Shown: piece by piece, positions 39,183 to 49,840 of the stretch
Position numbering within the stretch: position 1 is the stretch's first letter
Layout of the letters: the number at the start of each line of letters is the position of its first letter
DNA from: Parcubacteria group bacterium GW2011_GWA1_40_21
GTDB taxonomy: Bacteria; Patescibacteriota; Minisyncoccia; Phycocordibacterales; GWA1-40-21
Length of the DNA: 64,000 nt
NCBI GenBank assembly: GCA_000996205.1
Contig: LBYO01000004.1
Coordinates: 4,051 to 68,050, forward strand
Direction: 5' to 3'
Notes under the pieces: model-generated
The model's database searches: none
What the model saw: the letters and a program-made list of their open reading frames with translations, nothing else
Told to the model about the DNA's origin: nothing
Position numbers and translations under genes: made by a program

Positions 39183-40769
39183 ATGGAATCCAGCGATAAC
39201 TTTCTAAGACCTTACAAAACAAAGAATAAAAGAAATAATTACTTTCCAATGACACAAACAACCCAACTCTACCAGCCGGAAAAATATAAAGTTTATTTAG
39301 GAAAAGGCCAGTCAATCGGCTTCTGCACCGTTTGGAATGAACCTGAATCCGTTTTTAATAAGTCAAAAATAATAAGGGATAATTCGGTGATGCTCGGCAC
39401 TCTTTACAGCCGACAAGGCGTCAGTATTATTTTGCGGAACCTCGCGCTAAATCCCAAAATCAGAACCGTCTACCTCTGGGGGAACGGGACGCTTTCAAAT
39501 TCCAAGTTCGGAATTGCCGGAAGATCAACCTTGACGAACCTCTGGCAAAAAGGACTTTCAGACGACGGCACTATCGACGGAACTCAGTTTAAAATTGAAA
39601 AAGAAATTGACGCCAAAACAGTCAAGAAAATAATAAATAATGTTAAGCTCGCGGATGTGAGCGACAAATCCATTGAAGATGTTGAAAAACTATTAATTTC
39701 ATCGGGCGAGAAAGCCGGTCCTTATATGAAGCCTGTGGAATTTCCAGAAACAGAGCGCGAGCAGATAGACATTTTCCCCTCCGAAGAAATCGGCTGGCTT
39801 ATGAGAGGCAAGACGATCACCGAAGCGTGGCTCAAATTGGTTGAACGCATAATGAGATACGGAACGGTCAAAGGCACGCAGTACGGCTATCAGCAAAGAG
39901 AGCTTGTAGGCGCGACATGGGTCTCAAGCGAACCTGATCCCGAAAATCCGGACTTTTCTCTGGCGGGAAATTGGCCTCACAGCCTCAAGGAGCTTGCGGG
40001 GGCGACGCCGGAATCAATCAAAGAATATTTCAACATATTTCTTTCGGCAACGATGCCGACAGGCGTCTCTTACACCTATGGCAACAGATTGATGGCTTAT
40101 CCGAATAAAAACGGAGAAAAGCCAATAGACCAGATTGAGGAAATTTTAAAAAAGAATCTAATTGACTCACCGGATTCAAGACGCGCCGTGGCGACAACGA
40201 TGCACCCGTCAACTGACAAAGATAGCAAAGAGCCTCCTTGCATAACTCAAATCCAAGCGATTCAAAGCAGAGGAAGACTCCACTTTTTGGTGACGGCCAG
40301 AAGCCACGACATATTCAAATCGGCGATTCCAAACGCTTTCGGCCTGCGCACACTTCAGAAAAAGGTGGCTCGCGAGCTCGGCTTTGAGCTTGGAGAACTT
40401 CAAATAACATCACAGTCGGCGCACATCTACGAGCAAGATTGGGACCAAGCGTTAAAACTTTCCAGATGCTTTTTCTGGGAAAGAAAACCGGAACTCATCT
40501 TTGACCCGAACAAACACGCCGATCCGCGCGGCAATATGATAATCACGGTGAAAAGCAAAGAAATAAATGTTGAATTTCAAAGTCCTTCCGGCGCCAGTCT
40601 GATGACGCTTCAGGGGGAAAGCGCCAAAGAGCTGTCGGCGCAAATCGCTCATCTTGAACTTTTGAGCCTCTTTAGCCACATTATGGATGTGGCGATGGAG
40701 CTTCAGAAAGCCGAAACGGCGATGAAAAATAAACTGCCCTACAACCAAGACCGCCCTCTTGTTTTTTAG
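39183..40769 (+). CDS. thyA: Thymidylate synthase-family protein fused to N-terminal MtrA-like and C-terminal DUF4346-like domains
   Basis: YTYGNRL, SRRAV, PPCIT, RSHD..N, SAHIYE; N-terminal GTLYS..ILRNLALNPKIR; C-terminal DPRGN..ELQKAE..YNQD. The true start may be 39249. Confidence 0.8.
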   Translation: MESSDNFLRPYKTKNKRNNYFPMTQTTQLYQPEKYKVYLGKGQSIGFCTVWNEPESVFNKSKIIRDNSVMLGTLYSRQGVSIILRNLALNPKIRTVYLWGNGTLSNSKFGIAGRSTLTNLWQKGLSDDGTIDGTQFKIEKEIDAKTVKKIINNVKLADVSDKSIEDVEKLLISSGEKAGPYMKPVEFPETEREQIDIFPSEEIGWLMRGKTITEAWLKLVERIMRYGTVKGTQYGYQQRELVGATWVSSEPDPENPDFSLAGNWPHSLKELAGATPESIKEYFNIFLSATMPTGVSYTYGNRLMAYPNKNGEKPIDQIEEILKKNLIDSPDSRRAVATTMHPSTDKDSKEPPCITQIQAIQSRGRLHFLVTARSHDIFKSAIPNAFGLRTLQKKVARELGFELGELQITSQSAHIYEQDWDQALKLSRCFFWERKPELIFDPNKHADPRGNMIITVKSKEINVEFQSPSGASLMTLQGESAKELSAQIAHLELLSLFSHIMDVAMELQKAETAMKNKLPYNQDRPLVF

Positions 40770-40774
40770 ATATT

Positions 40775-40811
40775 AAAAGCGGCACTTGAGAAGGTGCCAC
40801 TTTTGTTTTTT
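40775..40811 (+). terminator. Putative terminator of the thy operon
   Basis: ggcact..ggtgcc stem followed by a T-run. Confidence 0.5.
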
Positions 40812-40870
40812 ATTGGGTTAACTAGAAATCAATTCCCAAACCTACTACCTATAAACTACAACCTAGTTTT

Positions 40871-41296
40871 CTACCCCACCACATCAACCCCCATAGACCT
40901 GGCCGAACCAGCGATTATTTTCATCGCCGCTTCAATGTCATTGGCATTCAAATCGGACATCTTTTTTTTGGCAATTTCTTTGAGCTGCGCTTTTGTGATA
41001 GAGCCAGCTTTTTTCACCGCGTTCTTGCCGGAGCCTTTTTCAACACCGATAGCTTTAAGAATCAAATTGGTAGCGGGCGGTCTTTTCAAAGCAAACTCAA
41101 AAGTCCTGTCTTCGTATACAGTGATAGAAACAGGGACGACTTCTCCCATCCTGTCTTTCGTGGCCGCGTTGAACTTGCTGACAAAGTCGCCTATGTTTAC
41201 TCCAGCCTGCCCCAAAGCTGGACCTATCGGGGGCGCAGCATTAGCTTTTCCTCCATCAATCTGAAGCTTTAATTTTTTTGTTATTTTTTTTGCCAT
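40871..41296 (-). CDS. rplK: 50S ribosomal protein L11
   Basis: [24 protein letters not shown]. Confidence 0.97.
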   Translation of the reverse strand: MAKKITKKLKLQIDGGKANAAPPIGPALGQAGVNIGDFVSKFNAATKDRMGEVVPVSITVYEDRTFEFALKRPPATNLILKAIGVEKGSGKNAVKKAGSITKAQLKEIAKKKMSDLNANDIEAAMKIIAGSARSMGVDVVG

Positions 41297-41408
41297 ATTT
41301 TTAATTAGGTGGTAGGTGGTAGGTTGTAGGTTTATAAGAAAGAAAAAAAACAGATTCTTCCTACAACCTAATACCTACCACCTACAACCTTCCTTTAAGT
41401 GATTATAT

Positions 41409-41951
41409 TTAAATCTTTCTAACTTGCAAGAAGTCCAGCTCCACGGGCGTTTCTCTGCCGAACATAGACACGAGGACTTTCACCTTGCCCCTGTCTTCGT
41501 CAACCTCGCTCACCTTTCCTTCCAAGTCCTTGAACGGACCGTCAACTATCATTACAGGCTCATCAATTGACAAATCAATTTTATGTTTAATCGTATCTGA
41601 ACCCATCCGACTGAAAATCTCCTCAACTTCTTTTTTCTCCAAAGGCACTGGGTAAACACCGGAGCCGACAAAGCCCGTCACTCTTGGGGTATTCCTTACG
41701 ACATACCAAGAATCGTCATCAACAATCATATCCACAAGAATATATCCGGGATAAATCTTTTCTTCTTCTTCCACTCTTTTTCCTCCTTTTATTTTTATCT
41801 TTTTCTCAACCGGAACAATCACGCTGAATATTTTGTTCCCCATGGCGAGCGAATCAATTCTTTGTTTCAAGTTTCTAGCCACCGCGTTTTCATAGCCGGC
41901 GTAAGTATGTATAGCGTACCAATTTCTTCCTTCGCTTGTTTGTTTTGCCAT
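41409..41951 (-). CDS. nusG: Transcription factor NusG
   Basis: WYAIHTYAGYE, YPGYILV, VRNTPRVTGF, FGRETPVEL. Confidence 0.97.
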   Translation of the reverse strand: MAKQTSEGRNWYAIHTYAGYENAVARNLKQRIDSLAMGNKIFSVIVPVEKKIKIKGGKRVEEEEKIYPGYILVDMIVDDDSWYVVRNTPRVTGFVGSGVYPVPLEKKEVEEIFSRMGSDTIKHKIDLSIDEPVMIVDGPFKDLEGKVSEVDEDRGKVKVLVSMFGRETPVELDFLQVRKI

Positions 41952-42062
41952 TTTTTTATTAGGTTGTAGGTGTTAGGTTGTAGGTTGTAGGTTCCAGATT
42001 TAAGAGATTAATTTTCTTATCTTAAACCTAATACCTACAAACTAAAACCTTCTTCTGATTGA

Positions 42063-42239
42063 TTATATAATCTGCTTAAGGGCGAGAGAAAAAAGAAAAT
42101 CAAAAAAGCCCAAAAACAAAGAAACCCCTATTGAAACAGCGATAACAACTATGGTAAAAACAATCGCTTGTTTTCGCGTCGGCCAATTCACGTGCTTCAA
42201 TTCCGTCTTTGTTTCTTTTATATAATCTACGACTTTCAT
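42063..42239 (-). CDS. secE: Preprotein translocase subunit SecE
   Basis: Manual translation MKVVDYIKETKTELKHVNWPTRKQA + TM; located upstream of nusG. Confidence 0.92.
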   Translation of the reverse strand: MKVVDYIKETKTELKHVNWPTRKQAIVFTIVVIAVSIGVSLFLGFFDFLFSLALKQII

Positions 42240-42410
42240 ATCTCTTATAATTAAATCTCCCTTATTAAAAACCGCCCCTTGGGGCTACCTGCATAGTAGC
42301 TCATTTGTGTGGGAAAAGTCAACCGGAATTAGGTTGTAGGTGGTAGATAGTAGGTTTTAGGAAAGATAAATATTATCTTAAGTTTCTGACTGAAACCTAC
42401 AATCCGAAGC

Positions 42411-43265
42411 CTATAATTGATTCCCCTGCTTATCAAAGCGATATTCCTTGCTGCGGCGATATTCATTGGGGTCAGACCCTAATACAGTAATAATATCATT
42501 GTCTGATATGTTTAAACCATATAATTCACCACTGATGACTTCTTCTTTCCTCCAAAGTTCATTTCCATTTTCGTCTAATACAAACAAATTATCAATCTCT
42601 TTTTGCTCGTCGCCATCCTTTTTTATTATTCCAAGCACAACCGCAAAAAAATTTCCATTCTTTGAAAAGGCTGATATCCATCCCCTCCAATCCTCTTTTG
42701 TTGTGAAGTTAATTCCTCCTTTTTTATTTTTGGGTGTGAAATCAATTACCCTTTTTTCATTAAAAATTGAGATTGAGCCCTGAGAAGAACTTTTTGCAAG
42801 AAAATATTTTCCATTTGGAGAAAGACTATCAAAATAATAAAAAGGGTGTTCCTTTTTCCATAGATCTTCCCCTTTCCAATTTAGCACAGTAATTTCAGCT
42901 ATTTTATCCTGTTGATATCCATCAACAATCTCATATTCAACATTGTCTAGTGCTATGTATTTGTTATTTTCAGAAAAGTAAGCTTTTGAATAACTTTTTC
43001 CAGGAACAGTTTTTAAAATAGGCAATGTTTTTATTTCATTTCCATTTTCATCAAGAAAAATAATTATTTCTTTTTCTATGCGAAAATTCTGATTTTTAGA
43101 TTCGTATTCGTCTTTGGAAAATTGTTGGGTTCCTGATATTTGGATTTTATCTTTTTTCTGAGCGTAATTTAAATATCCGAAATATCCGCCAATACAAAAC
43201 AAGCTAATAATAATAAAAACAAACTTAATTGACCCACTATCGTGGCAAATATTTTTATATCTCAT
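42411..43265 (-). CDS. AT-rich membrane-anchored hypothetical protein (beta-propeller-like repeats)
   Basis: TM followed by repeated LDENGNELW / SPNGKY motifs. Confidence 0.6.
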   Translation of the reverse strand: MRYKNICHDSGSIKFVFIIISLFCIGGYFGYLNYAQKKDKIQISGTQQFSKDEYESKNQNFRIEKEIIIFLDENGNEIKTLPILKTVPGKSYSKAYFSENNKYIALDNVEYEIVDGYQQDKIAEITVLNWKGEDLWKKEHPFYYFDSLSPNGKYFLAKSSSQGSISIFNEKRVIDFTPKNKKGGINFTTKEDWRGWISAFSKNGNFFAVVLGIIKKDGDEQKEIDNLFVLDENGNELWRKEEVISGELYGLNISDNDIITVLGSDPNEYRRSKEYRFDKQGNQL

Positions 43266-43298
43266 AAAAGTTTTTTGTTATCTGTTAATGTAAATTGA

Positions 43299-44120
43299 TT
43301 ATCTTATCTCATAAACAATATTCACTTGAGAAGTAATTTTGTTTTCGCCTGTCGGAATTTCAGGAGCAAGAGTCGCCCCGCCTACCGCCATCACATCTGT
43401 GCTAAATTTCTCCCTGTAAATCGGGAAATATCCCGACTCGGAGAAGTTTATTATTCTCACAAGCTTCACCCCCAAACTTCTCGCCAGAATTTTGCCACTT
43501 TCTCTTGCGTCTTCAATGGCAAGGTCTCTGGCTTCTTTTCTCAATTTATCTTCTTCGTCAATGGAGAAATTCAGCCCGCTCACATTGCTCGCGCCCAAAT
43601 TGCCGACGCCGGACAAGATAGTCCCGGCAGAATCAATCTTTCTTACCTTCACCTCAATACCTTGATTGACTTCATATCCGATTAAAACTCTGTTATCCCT
43701 GATTGGCGGAATGATTTGAGATTTTTCAGGCAATTTTATGTAGTTGTAGCGAGGATAAATATTATAATTTGTTGTTTTTATGTCTTTTTCTTCTATTCCT
43801 TTATTTTTCAAAAATTGAATTATGTCATTTATCTTTTTTGCCGCCCTGCTTTGAGCATCGGAAACATTAGGCGATTCTTCCAACACATTGAAAGTAAAAG
43901 TAGCAATGTCCGCTTTAGCAACTATTTCTCCTTTGCCGGAAACAGAAATGGTATTCGGAGAAGACACATCTCTGCCGATATAATCATAAGCCTTTATGTC
44001 TTTCGCGATTCTAACCGCAAAAAATAAAATTAAAAACAAACCCAAAGCGCTGATAATAAGTTTCATCGGTTTATGCCCGCAGAAATGACAGCATTTAAAA
44101 TCATTGTTGTTTCCTTTCAT
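43299..44120 (-). CDS. SIMPL-domain (DUF541/YggE-like) protein
   Basis: TISVSGKGEI, DIKTTNYNIYPRY, EARDLAIEDA, IPTGENKI. Confidence 0.88.
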   Translation of the reverse strand: MKGNNNDFKCCHFCGHKPMKLIISALGLFLILFFAVRIAKDIKAYDYIGRDVSSPNTISVSGKGEIVAKADIATFTFNVLEESPNVSDAQSRAAKKINDIIQFLKNKGIEEKDIKTTNYNIYPRYNYIKLPEKSQIIPPIRDNRVLIGYEVNQGIEVKVRKIDSAGTILSGVGNLGASNVSGLNFSIDEEDKLRKEARDLAIEDARESGKILARSLGVKLVRIINFSESGYFPIYREKFSTDVMAVGGATLAPEIPTGENKITSQVNIVYEIR

Positions 44121-44475
44121 AAAAATTTAAATCGAGATTATTGATAATTTGATTGTGAATAAGTTTAACAAAAATAAATAATAACCGCCACCTAAAATCA
44201 CCTAAAATCGCGTATAAACTAGAGTTATTAAAGTTATAAAGTCCATCAAGTTCATCGAGTTATAAAGTTTGTAAAGCAAGAAATTTCAAATTTATAAATT
44301 TATAATTTTGAATGAATTTTGAATGACTTAATTTTAAATTTAAAATTAATTCTATCTTCACTTTACAAACTTTATGGACTTTATAAACTTGATAACTCAT
44401 ATATATTGAATACTGACAAAATATAATTGCACCTATTATATGTGATCGCGCCGAATTTCTGATGAAAACATTGGT

Positions 44476-46182
44476 TCAACGAAGATATTCCGGAGCATTG
44501 ATGCTCATCCAGTCAATAAGCTCCCTCATCACATAAACTCCTCCGATCAAATTTACACTAGAACCTCGCTCCATAAGCACCGCGAAGGCGTATTTGGGAT
44601 TTTCGTACGGGAAGAAACCGATGACCCACGAATTTACGAATTTTTTGAAAGAGCCGAGCTGCGCCGTTCCCGTTTTTGCGGCAATTTCCACTTGAGGAAT
44701 GTTCAGACCGGTCGCGGTGCCGTAAAGGACGGCTCCTCTCATTCCCTCTCTCACGACTTGAAAATCATCTTCGCTCATATTGATAATTTTAGCGGCAGGA
44801 TTGGACGGATTGGAGATTATTGACGGATTTAAAAGCTCCCCGCCGTTCGCTATCATTGAAACCGCGCGAACCGCTTGCATCGGCGTTATCTGAAAACCGT
44901 ATTGTCCTATTGAAGTATTGTAAGTGTCTCCTATTCTCCACTGTGAATCTCCGAAATTTTCTTTTTTCCATTCCGGATTGGGGACAATTCCTGACTTGCC
45001 GGAGAAAAATCCCGCCGGAAAATCACTGCCGAAACCGAACATTCTCATATACTTTTCAATGTTGTAAATTCCGAGTCCTTTTTGATTCTCATAACCCCCG
45101 CCCACTTCGTAAAAATAAACATTTGACGATTCCGCTAAAGCTTTCCTCATATCAACATAGCCGTGAGCTCTCATTTCCGTAAAGACCGAGGGCTTCGCCG
45201 GATCGTAAATGTTCGGCACGGTGATTGACCCGCCGCTAAATATGGTATCCGAAGGCGAGATGATTTTTTCCGTGAGCGCGCCGAGCGCGACAAAAGGCTT
45301 CACGATGGAGCCGGGGGTATAAAGACCGTCAATCACCCTGTTCAAAAAAGGCTTGTTCTTATTTTCCAAATAAGCCCGTATCGCTCCGCCGTCCCTTCCG
45401 TCCGACATAATCTGGGAACTGTATTCCGGGTAATTGGCCATAGCCAGAATTTCTCCGCTTCGCGCATCCATAATCGCTCCGGCACCGCCGGAAAATCCGG
45501 CTCTTTGCGCCAAACCGGCTATTGATTCGTAAAATTTATTCTGCACCGCCGCATCAATTGACAAAGTGAGGTTGCCGCCTTCTTTCGGCAGACGGATCAC
45601 GCTCTCCGATTGGACTTTCCCTAGAGCGTTTGTTTCCGTTATCTTCAAGCCGTTCTCGCCTGAAAGTTCGCCGTTAAAAAAATTCTCAACGCCTGTTTTG
45701 CCTATATAATCTTCGTTGTAATAAAATCCCGACGAATCTTTCGCCGGATATTTGACATATCCCAAAATATGAGAGAAGCCTGACAGGGTTGTATACTTTC
45801 TTAAAGCGAATTCTTTGTCTTCTCCGAAAATGTTCCACGCGAGCTCTTTGCCGTTTCTGTCATAAATGACTCCGCGCGGAGCGAATACGGTAATATGGCG
45901 CAAACGATTATTCTCGCTCCTATTTGAATATTTTTCTCCTTCTGCGATCTGAAGATTTCCGACTTTGACGACAAGCGCCACGAACGCCAAACCGAAAAAG
46001 ACAGTCAAAAGAGCGATGTTGCGCTTGGAAATCGGGCTGACAAGCCTGCCTTCAAACTGATGGGTGTCAAATTTCGGCAGATTGCTTGAATCAAGAAAAA
46101 TTTCATCGGGCTCTATCTCGCTTCTCCTGTCCGCGAGACGTCCGTATCCGTTGAATATCTTTTTTATTTTCCTATTTAACAT
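44476..46182 (-). CDS. mrdA: Penicillin-binding protein 2 (class B transpeptidase)
   Basis: APRGVIYDRNG, PGSIVK (SxxK), SSN, KTGTAQ. Confidence 0.92.
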   Translation of the reverse strand: MLNRKIKKIFNGYGRLADRRSEIEPDEIFLDSSNLPKFDTHQFEGRLVSPISKRNIALLTVFFGLAFVALVVKVGNLQIAEGEKYSNRSENNRLRHITVFAPRGVIYDRNGKELAWNIFGEDKEFALRKYTTLSGFSHILGYVKYPAKDSSGFYYNEDYIGKTGVENFFNGELSGENGLKITETNALGKVQSESVIRLPKEGGNLTLSIDAAVQNKFYESIAGLAQRAGFSGGAGAIMDARSGEILAMANYPEYSSQIMSDGRDGGAIRAYLENKNKPFLNRVIDGLYTPGSIVKPFVALGALTEKIISPSDTIFSGGSITVPNIYDPAKPSVFTEMRAHGYVDMRKALAESSNVYFYEVGGGYENQKGLGIYNIEKYMRMFGFGSDFPAGFFSGKSGIVPNPEWKKENFGDSQWRIGDTYNTSIGQYGFQITPMQAVRAVSMIANGGELLNPSIISNPSNPAAKIINMSEDDFQVVREGMRGAVLYGTATGLNIPQVEIAAKTGTAQLGSFKKFVNSWVIGFFPYENPKYAFAVLMERGSSVNLIGGVYVMRELIDWMSINAPEYLR

Positions 46183-46185
46183 AAA

Positions 46186-46455
46186 TCATCTGTTTGAATA
46201 AAACTTAAGCCTCTTTTTAATAAAAAAAGATGAGATGAACAGAGACGCGGAAATGAAAGTCATCAAATGAGAAAAATCATACAGATTGGCAATCGGTCTG
46301 CCGTAAAGCGAGTCAATAATAGGTCCAACGAATATTATCTCGTAAAAAGATTCATAATGATAAAGCAAAAATAAAGCCATAACCATGGGAAAAATCGGGG
46401 GCAGTAATAACACCGCCAAAAAAAGCGCCACATCAATAAAAATTCTTATGGGCAT
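46186..46455 (-). CDS. Small membrane protein in the MreD position
   Basis: Hydrophobic, located between mreC and pbp2. Confidence 0.6.
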   Translation of the reverse strand: MPIRIFIDVALFLAVLLLPPIFPMVMALFLLYHYESFYEIIFVGPIIDSLYGRPIANLYDFSHLMTFISASLFISSFFIKKRLKFYSNR

Positions 46456-46564
46456 TTTTGATTAGCTGATTAGCTTGTAGCTTCTTAGCTTTTTAGTATC
46501 AGAATCTTCCTAATAAGCTACAAGCTAAAAAGCTACTTATCTAATTTTTTATGGACTTTACGAC

Positions 46565-47365
46565 TTATATCTCCACCAAAACCCATTTCAATTCGGATAA
46601 ATTTGCCGGAATTTTAAAAATAATCTTCTGAAATGAATCAGCCGGATTTAATTCAATTTTCCGGACAAAACCGAAAACCGAAGTTGATATGCTCGGAACG
46701 AGAGCCGCATCTCCCTCCTTCACTTCAACATCTCGTGGCAATTTGGCGGCAAAATTTCCTCCGCCAAGCCCTTCCGCTTCCACTTGCACCGACCTCTCGC
46801 CGACGAGAGCGAGAAATTTTTCTCCAGGACTTGAGTGCATTTTTACCTTGGAAGATCGCTCATACGCTTCCTCAACTTCCCCGATGGCAACCGCTCCCTC
46901 ATAAAAAACCCTGTCTCCCGCCTTGACCCCTTTATCCTTGCCGACATCAATTATAATAACATCAAAAGGCGACACGCTAGGCTTCACCAAAACGGCGGAC
47001 AATACAAGATTCTTTTCCCCTTCGCTTCTCCCGAACAAAGCTTTTAGATTTTCATTTTCTTTCCGGATAAGTTGCAACAATGGCAAGTCTGTTTTGATTT
47101 TATCCAAATCCAAATTTAGCCGCCTGTTTTCCAAAATAAGCGACCTTTTTGAACCGATTATAGAGAAAGCGTTGGAAAATTTCAGGGCGGCATAGTTGTC
47201 AAACTTCCAAAAGGGCAGAGCGATTTTGTTAAGAAATCCTCTGGACGCGCCCGTAAGAGAGATAAAGAAAACCGTGGCGAATATGAATATAACCGCGATA
47301 ATTTTAAGCCGCCGATTCTTATTTCTGGGTTTTGAATTATTTCTTAGGGGGTAATTCATCTTCAT
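46565..47365 (-). CDS. mreC: Rod shape-determining protein MreC
   Basis: TM, coiled coil ENENLKALF, IIIDVGKDKGV; follows mreB. Confidence 0.9.
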   Translation of the reverse strand: MKMNYPLRNNSKPRNKNRRLKIIAVIFIFATVFFISLTGASRGFLNKIALPFWKFDNYAALKFSNAFSIIGSKRSLILENRRLNLDLDKIKTDLPLLQLIRKENENLKALFGRSEGEKNLVLSAVLVKPSVSPFDVIIIDVGKDKGVKAGDRVFYEGAVAIGEVEEAYERSSKVKMHSSPGEKFLALVGERSVQVEAEGLGGGNFAAKLPRDVEVKEGDAALVPSISTSVFGFVRKIELNPADSFQKIIFKIPANLSELKWVLVEI

Positions 47366-48398
47366 TTTGTATCAATACCTCCTCAAATTCTTCCAAATTT
47401 TCCAAGATTATTCCGGTGCCTCTGGCAATGGCCGTAAGAGGGTCGTCGGCTATGAATACAGGAATCTTGAACCATTTTCGCAGAAGCTCATCCAGCCCTC
47501 TGATCATCGCCCCGCCTCCGACCAGATGAATTCCCCTCTGCATCACATCGGAAATAACCTCGGGGGGAGTCGTCTCCAAAACCTCCTTTACCGCTTCAAC
47601 AAGATTGTCAATTGACTGGGCAATAGCCTCTCTCACATCCGCATCGGTGATGATGACTTCGCGCGGCAGTCCCGTTATGAGATCCCTGCCTTTTATTGAA
47701 ACCTCGGACGGCTCCATCGGCACGACGGAGCCCAGCGCTATTTTTAAAGTTTCAGCGGTTTTTTCTCCGATTAAAATTTTAAATTCGCTTCTTATGTATG
47801 AAATTATGTCGCTGTTGAGCTTATCTCCGGCGATCTTCAAATTTTTGGAACGAACGATGCCTCCCAAAGATATTACGGCAATGTCGGTCGTTCCTCCCCC
47901 GATGTCAATAATCATATTCCCGACCGGCTCTTTGACCGGCAGTCTTATGCCGATGGCTCCGGCCATCGGCTCTTCAACTATAAAAACTTCTCTGGCGCCG
48001 GCATTCCTCGTGGCGTCGCGCACCGCTCTGATCTCAACATTGGTGATGCCTGAAGGTACGCCGACGACAACTCTCGGTCCGAGCATTTTTTTGGAATGCT
48101 CTTCGGCTTTTTTTATGAGATAAGTTAACATCTCTTCCGTCACTTCAAAATCCGAAATGACTCCGTCCACAAGCGGCCGCACCGCCACGATATGAGGCGG
48201 CGTCCGTCCGAGCATCTCTTTCGCGTGGGAGCCGACGGCGACCACCCTGCCTGTTTTCTGATTGATGGCGACCACCGACGGCTCGTTGACCACGATTCCT
48301 TTGCCCCCCAGATAGACAAGAGTGTTCGCCGTTCCCAAGTCAATGCCTATTTCATTGGACATCATCTTGTATATTTTATTGAATAGCTTTTTTTTCAT
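47337..48398 (-). CDS. mreB: Rod shape-determining protein MreB
   Basis: IGIDLGTANT, EEPMAGAIG, DIGGGTTD. Confidence 0.97.
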   Translation of the reverse strand: MKKKLFNKIYKMMSNEIGIDLGTANTLVYLGGKGIVVNEPSVVAINQKTGRVVAVGSHAKEMLGRTPPHIVAVRPLVDGVISDFEVTEEMLTYLIKKAEEHSKKMLGPRVVVGVPSGITNVEIRAVRDATRNAGAREVFIVEEPMAGAIGIRLPVKEPVGNMIIDIGGGTTDIAVISLGGIVRSKNLKIAGDKLNSDIISYIRSEFKILIGEKTAETLKIALGSVVPMEPSEVSIKGRDLITGLPREVIITDADVREAIAQSIDNLVEAVKEVLETTPPEVISDVMQRGIHLVGGGAMIRGLDELLRKWFKIPVFIADDPLTAIARGTGIILENLEEFEEVLIQNEDELPPKK

Positions 48399-48474
48399 TT
48401 TTTAAAATATAAATTAAAAACATTTGGCTATTTTGCCAAAATTTCCCTTTGTCTCTGTCGCCGTTGAATTATCT

Positions 48475-49734
48475 TTATTTCAAATAGTCATCCGCAAAAT
48501 CACGGAGGCCGCCTTCTTTCACTTTTGAAACCTTGCCGCCGCTCCTCTCTTTAATCTCAAAGAGTCCTTCGTCCAAAGTCTTCTTGCTTATTATGAGCCG
48601 GAGAGGTATCCCTATCAAATCCGAGTCTTTGAATTTTTCCCCCGCCCGCAAGTCCCTGTCGTCAAAAAGAACTTCCAACCCGCGACTATTGAGCGCGGAG
48701 TATATCCGTTCAGAAACTTTTCTGACTTCCCCGCTCTCGCCCCCGATTTCCACGAGATGAATGTCAAACGGCGCGACTCTCTTCGGCCAGACTAAGCCCT
48801 CTTTGTCGGAGAGGACTTCCGCGATCGTTCCGATGAGCCTCGTCGGGCCGAGTCCATAGCTTCCCATTACGACAAATTTTTCTTTTCCTTCTTCGTCAAG
48901 ATACGCGAGATTCAACGCTTCCGAAAATCTAACGCCTAAATTGAAAATATTGCCGACTTCCACGGATTTTTTCTTTTTTAAATCGGAAGATTGGCAATTA
49001 CCGCACGCTTTTTTACTTTCAAGAACCTCGTCGTTAATCGCGATTTTGCATCCCTCGCAGACATATATCGTATCTTCTCCTGCTTCCGTAATCGTCTGGA
49101 ATTCGTCCGAATATTTGCTGAAAGTCCCGCCGGAAGCGGAAGTGATGTAAGTCGTCTCTCCTATGCCAACCTTATCAAATACATTCATATAAGCAAGCTT
49201 GGCTTTTTCGTAAAACAAGCTGTGCTCTTTCTCATCTCTGGAAAAGGAGTAAAGGTCTTTCATCAGAAATTCTCGCCCTCTCATAATTCCGCTTTTCGCC
49301 CGCGTTTCGTTTCTGAATTTCGTCTGTATCTGATACGGATAGAGAGGCAAATCTCTAAACGATCTTATGTGATTTTTCATAAGCGCGGTCAAGGGCTCTT
49401 CGTGGGTAAAGCCGAGTCCGAGCTCCGCGCCGCTTTTGAGCTTCGTCTTAAACCAATTATCCACCACGGCATCGTCCCATCGTCCGGTCTTCTCCCAAAG
49501 TTCTCTGTCTTGAAGCGCGGCCAAAAGAATTTCCTGCCCGCCGATGGCATTCATCTCTTCGCGAATCACGCCGTTCACTTTATTTAAAACGCGGAGACCA
49601 AGCGGCAGAAATGAGTAAACTCCCGCCATTTCTTTGTGGATAAAGCCGGCGCGGATAAGAAGCTCGGCATTTCTAGAAACTTCGTCTTTCGGCGCCTCTT
49701 TCCGCGTTTTGCTTAATAGTTGGGATTGCCTCAT
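48475..49734 (-). CDS. proS: Proline--tRNA ligase (short form, no editing domain)
   Basis: LLIRAGFI, THEE, KFRNETR, REFLMKDLYSF, MGSYGLG. Confidence 0.95.
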   Translation of the reverse strand: MRQSQLLSKTRKEAPKDEVSRNAELLIRAGFIHKEMAGVYSFLPLGLRVLNKVNGVIREEMNAIGGQEILLAALQDRELWEKTGRWDDAVVDNWFKTKLKSGAELGLGFTHEEPLTALMKNHIRSFRDLPLYPYQIQTKFRNETRAKSGIMRGREFLMKDLYSFSRDEKEHSLFYEKAKLAYMNVFDKVGIGETTYITSASGGTFSKYSDEFQTITEAGEDTIYVCEGCKIAINDEVLESKKACGNCQSSDLKKKKSVEVGNIFNLGVRFSEALNLAYLDEEGKEKFVVMGSYGLGPTRLIGTIAEVLSDKEGLVWPKRVAPFDIHLVEIGGESGEVRKVSERIYSALNSRGLEVLFDDRDLRAGEKFKDSDLIGIPLRLIISKKTLDEGLFEIKERSGGKVSKVKEGGLRDFADDYLK

Positions 49735-49840
49735 AGCCGAAATGATACAGGAAAAAAACACCGCGGTCAAAAATTATATTTTTCTCAACAAAAAATAAAA
49801 AAGGACCGGAAGGATAACTCCAACCGGTCCGCATCATGAT

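Noticed and set aside
40794-41264. Long antisense ORFs over rplK, mreB, proS, the S-layer gene and others in the ORF track
   Set aside because: They are shadows of well-supported genes on the opposite strand and have no recognisable motifs or starts.
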